Positions 61,096-64,000 of a DNA stretch of 64,000 bases are shown here, piece after piece; the first letter of the stretch is position 1; the number at the start of each line of letters is the position of its first letter. The notes under the pieces were generated by a model, which was not told the origin of the DNA, searched no databases, and worked only from the letters and a program-made list of their open reading frames with translations. Where the stretch lies: assembly GCA_007693585.1 (NCBI GenBank), contig REDH01000075.1, forward strand, positions 9,066-73,065, in the 5' to 3' direction. A program made the translations under genes and the position numbers. The DNA comes from Deltaproteobacteria bacterium (GTDB lineage Bacteria > Myxococcota_A > Bradymonadia > REDH01).

Positions 61096-62963
61096 CCCGC
61101 TTCCTCCTGAACCAGCACGCGAATCTCCGCGATGACCGCATCGACGAGCGCGCGTGACTCCTCGGCCGGACGACCCGCATACCGAGCGCGTTCCACTCGA
61201 CCCAGAAGGTCCACCAGCCGCTCCTCGCGCGGACCGACGAGCCCGCGAAGTCGCTCCGCGGTCAAGCCACGGGTCTCGCGCCCGATCCGGTGGGTCAGGG
61301 CCGCATGAACGGCCTGCGTCGCGGCGCCGAGCGCCTGCGACGCAGGCGCGTCACGGGACTCCTCCTCCAGTGCGTCGAGCAGCGACACCAGAACCGGGGG
61401 GCGCCGGCGTCCCGCCAACGCGTCCCGCCACCGCGGCCCGAGCAGCAGCGCCACGAGGACGAAGAACGGCAAGGCCGTCAGAAACCAGGGGACCCACCCC
61501 TCCGCCAGACGGCGCTGGGGTGCCGGACCGATCCGTGAACGATCCGGAAAGGGAGGAAGCGCAGCCTGCCACGGCGCATCCGGAACCGGAGCGGATGCCC
61601 CGCGAGCCACGGAGTCACCCGTCGCCAGCAGGCGCAGCGGTTCCGTGCGGACCAGAAGCCAGTCTCCCGCCCACGGATCCCAAAGGCTCATCTCCAGCGC
61701 CGGGATGTCGAACGAACCGGGCTCGACGGGCCTCAGCCGCCACTCCCGGACCGACTCTCCGGACGGCCATACGCCACGCTCCTGATGGAAGCGGTCACGC
61801 GGAGGCTCGACCGCCACCCCGTCAAGGTCCGGAAGATCGGGCAGCCGAAAGCGACTCACCAGCCCGTGTCCGCTGACCCGAAGCGTGAGCACCGTGGGCG
61901 TGCCCGTCTCCACACGGTCGTGACTGAGGGCCCAGCCGGCGTGGACGCTGCCCACGTTGGCCTCCACATGCCCCGCCGGGCGCCCGTCCGAAGGCACCGG
62001 ACGCACACGAAGCGGAGCCGGGAGACTCCGCAGATGAACTTCCCCGTCGTCCTGGAAGAACCCCCGAATACGGGCATGGGCGCCCACCGGCGGGAGCTCG
62101 TCCAGACCCTCGCGCAACGGGACCACACTGTACGAGCGCAGAAGGTGGATGTCGTGCAGCTCACCACGTACCCGCGCCGCCCCGAGTCGGCTCTGGCGAC
62201 GCGGACTGCGGGCTCGCGTGATCTCGTTGAACCAGAATCCCTCGAACACCGGATCGTCCATGTCGTAGATCTCGAGCCCCATCTGTGTCGACGGCACGTG
62301 GAGGAGGAAGTCGACGATGAACGGCTCCCCCACCACGGGGGTGTCCGTGCTCAGGCTTGCCACGAGGAAGGGCTGACCGCGCGGGGCCGTGGGCATGGGC
62401 CCCGCGACCATCTCCGCACTTCCTGGGGGCGGAGGAGGAGCAGGCGTCGCACCCGGGCTGCCCGAGGAGTCCGGCACCGGCGCCGGCTGGGGAGACGCCA
62501 CCCGGGGGGCAGGTGCCCGCGGCTGCGCCGACGGTGCCGGCCGATGACCCCCGTCCACCACGACCGTGAACGGCTCGGTGTGGGTCATGCCCGATGGCGT
62601 GCGGATCGGAACGCGCCCGACCAGCAGGCGACCCGTGCGGTTCGCACGCAGGTGGTAGTCGATCACGGTGTGCTGGATCGCCGGTCGCCCAGGCCGCTGC
62701 TGGGACTGCGTACGCATCGAGTGACGATGCACCGTGAAGTCCTCGCCCTCGGGGCTACCTGCGGCGATCACGGACTCGCCCTCCACGGTCACGCGTACCC
62801 GGAGCAGCTCGTTCGGTGACATCCGGGTCCGATCCGGCTCCACCGACACCCGAGCACTTGCGGCGGCATCGCCGGGATGGAACAACCACGCGGCGCACAG
62901 GGCCATCCCGGCCACGACATGCAGGATCCGGGCTGCCCGGTATTCGGTGAAACCCTTCACCAC
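61092..62963 (-). CDS. batD: BatD-family protein
   Basis: Signal peptide, Ig-like BatD repeats (VGEPF, GFWF.E, G.G....RLP.LP, PGSFDIPAL....WDP), C-terminal TM; Bat operon context. Confidence 0.82.
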   Translation of the reverse strand: MVKGFTEYRAARILHVVAGMALCAAWLFHPGDAAASARVSVEPDRTRMSPNELLRVRVTVEGESVIAAGSPEGEDFTVHRHSMRTQSQQRPGRPAIQHTVIDYHLRANRTGRLLVGRVPIRTPSGMTHTEPFTVVVDGGHRPAPSAQPRAPAPRVASPQPAPVPDSSGSPGATPAPPPPPGSAEMVAGPMPTAPRGQPFLVASLSTDTPVVGEPFIVDFLLHVPSTQMGLEIYDMDDPVFEGFWFNEITRARSPRRQSRLGAARVRGELHDIHLLRSYSVVPLREGLDELPPVGAHARIRGFFQDDGEVHLRSLPAPLRVRPVPSDGRPAGHVEANVGSVHAGWALSHDRVETGTPTVLTLRVSGHGLVSRFRLPDLPDLDGVAVEPPRDRFHQERGVWPSGESVREWRLRPVEPGSFDIPALEMSLWDPWAGDWLLVRTEPLRLLATGDSVARGASAPVPDAPWQAALPPFPDRSRIGPAPQRRLAEGWVPWFLTALPFFVLVALLLGPRWRDALAGRRRPPVLVSLLDALEEESRDAPASQALGAATQAVHAALTHRIGRETRGLTAERLRGLVGPREERLVDLLGRVERARYAGRPAEESRALVDAVIAEIRVLVQEEAG

Positions 62964-64000
62964 TCGCGCTCCCGTTGTCTGGGGGGCGCGCCCTGGAGCG
63001 CGCGCTGCAGCGGCAGGTTCCCCTGCTCCTCGAGGCTGTCGAGAAGGTTGAGCAGCAGGCGGCGCTCCTCGTCATCGAGCCCGGGGTCCGGTCCGGGCGC
63101 CTCCTCGTCACTGGAGTCCTCGCCGTCGTCGTCGTCAGCGCCCGCGGAATCATCTTCCCCGTCCTGTCCCGAGGGGTCGCCGTCGTCGTCGCCCGAGCTG
63201 TCCTCCTCCGGCGCGTCTCGGTCGTCGCCATCCTCACGATCGCTGCCGTCCGCGTCATCGCCCGCACTGGGGTCGTCATCGCCCGCACTGGGGTCGTCAT
63301 CGCCCGCACTGGAGTCGTCATCGCCCGCACTGGAGTCGTCATCGCCGTCGCCCGAACCGTCGCCCTCGTCCGGCGGGGGCTGCAGGTCCGGGCTGTCCAG
63401 ATGGTAGAACCCGGGCTCGCCCGCCACCCGGAGGACCACACGGTCGGTGTCCGCCGGTCGGACGAACGCCACGGCCCGCTGAAACGGCTTGAGCGGGTCG
63501 GCGACCTCGGACGCAGGAGCCGGGTCGCCCAGCTCCGACAACGCCGCGCCGGTGAGCGTCCACGCCAGGATCTCCTGATCACGCTGCTCGCTTCGCGTCA
63601 CGAACAGCAAGGGATCCGTCGCCTGCGGATCCTCGGCGCCTCCGTCCTCCAACGCGAACGGGCCGACCTCGAACCACGCCGCTCTCCCCTCGCACAGCCG
63701 GAGGTGCCGGACCGGAAAATCGGCCGGCTCCAGCGACGCACGCTGGGCGGGGGAGAAGTTCGGCGCGTGGCGATCGGCCACCGGGCACGGCTGGAAAGGA
63801 TACACGCCGATGGTGTGGCTGCCCTCGGCACCGTCTCCCCCCCGGACCCGGACGCGGACCACGTCGCCCGCCGTCGCGGGATCGACGCGCACCTCCACCA
63901 GACCGCGCTCGTCCGGAGACGCGACCGCCAACGGCCGCTCGCCACGCGCCGGCAGCACCGTGACCTCCAGCGGCCGGACGCTGTCCTCCCGGTCGACGAG
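62957..64000 (-). CDS. C-terminal part of a BatB/BatC-like protein (runs off the window's right edge)
   Basis: Frame is open to the window edge. An acidic low-complexity tract is followed by LLLNLLDSLEEQ...REREW, the usual ending of the gene preceding batD. Confidence 0.68.
   Translation of the reverse strand, partial: LVDREDSVRPLEVTVLPARGERPLAVASPDERGLVEVRVDPATAGDVVRVRVRGGDGAEGSHTIGVYPFQPCPVADRHAPNFSPAQRASLEPADFPVRHLRLCEGRAAWFEVGPFALEDGGAEDPQATDPLLFVTRSEQRDQEILAWTLTGAALSELGDPAPASEVADPLKPFQRAVAFVRPADTDRVVLRVAGEPGFYHLDSPDLQPPPDEGDGSGDGDDDSSAGDDDSSAGDDDPSAGDDDPSAGDDADGSDREDGDDRDAPEEDSSGDDDGDPSGQDGEDDSAGADDDDGEDSSDEEAPGPDPGLDDEERRLLLNLLDSLEEQGNLPLQRALQGAPPRQREREW
63253..63346 (-). repeat. 21-bp coding tandem repeat (about 4.5 units) encoding GDDD(S/P)SA
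   Basis: cgtcatcgcccgcactgg(g/a)gt repeated from 63253 on the + strand. Confidence 0.93.

Overview
This is a 64 kb high-GC chromosomal window from a Myxococcota/deltaproteobacterial-type diderm, inferred from a RomR-like regulator beside valS, Agl/Glt-family genes, a MYXO-CTERM-like motif and the tilS-ftsH-folP-cdaA-cdaR-glmM-pdxJ gene order. The left arm carries housekeeping genes: the start of a UvrD/PcrA helicase, glmS, glmU, a fused 2-oxoacid dehydrogenase E1, leuS, valS and romR. The centre (19.9-37.7 kb, all + strand) is a 13-gene envelope cluster. It encodes an Agl/Glt-like machine with its own motor (two giant TPR proteins, GltE, GltF, AglR/ExbB, two ExbD-like subunits, GltG), followed by a polysaccharide-export trio (outer-membrane beta-barrel, short OPX, Wzc). 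The right arm carries ribF, aroE, a possible two-product exported polyprotein, the nnr-to-tilS housekeeping block, a second GltG, glutaredoxin, xseAB (XseA has an extra N-terminal domain), AtoE and FadL-type transporters, and the end of a Bat operon. I recognised no rRNA, tRNA, CRISPR array, integrase or transposase. All calls come from reading motifs by eye; no searches were run.
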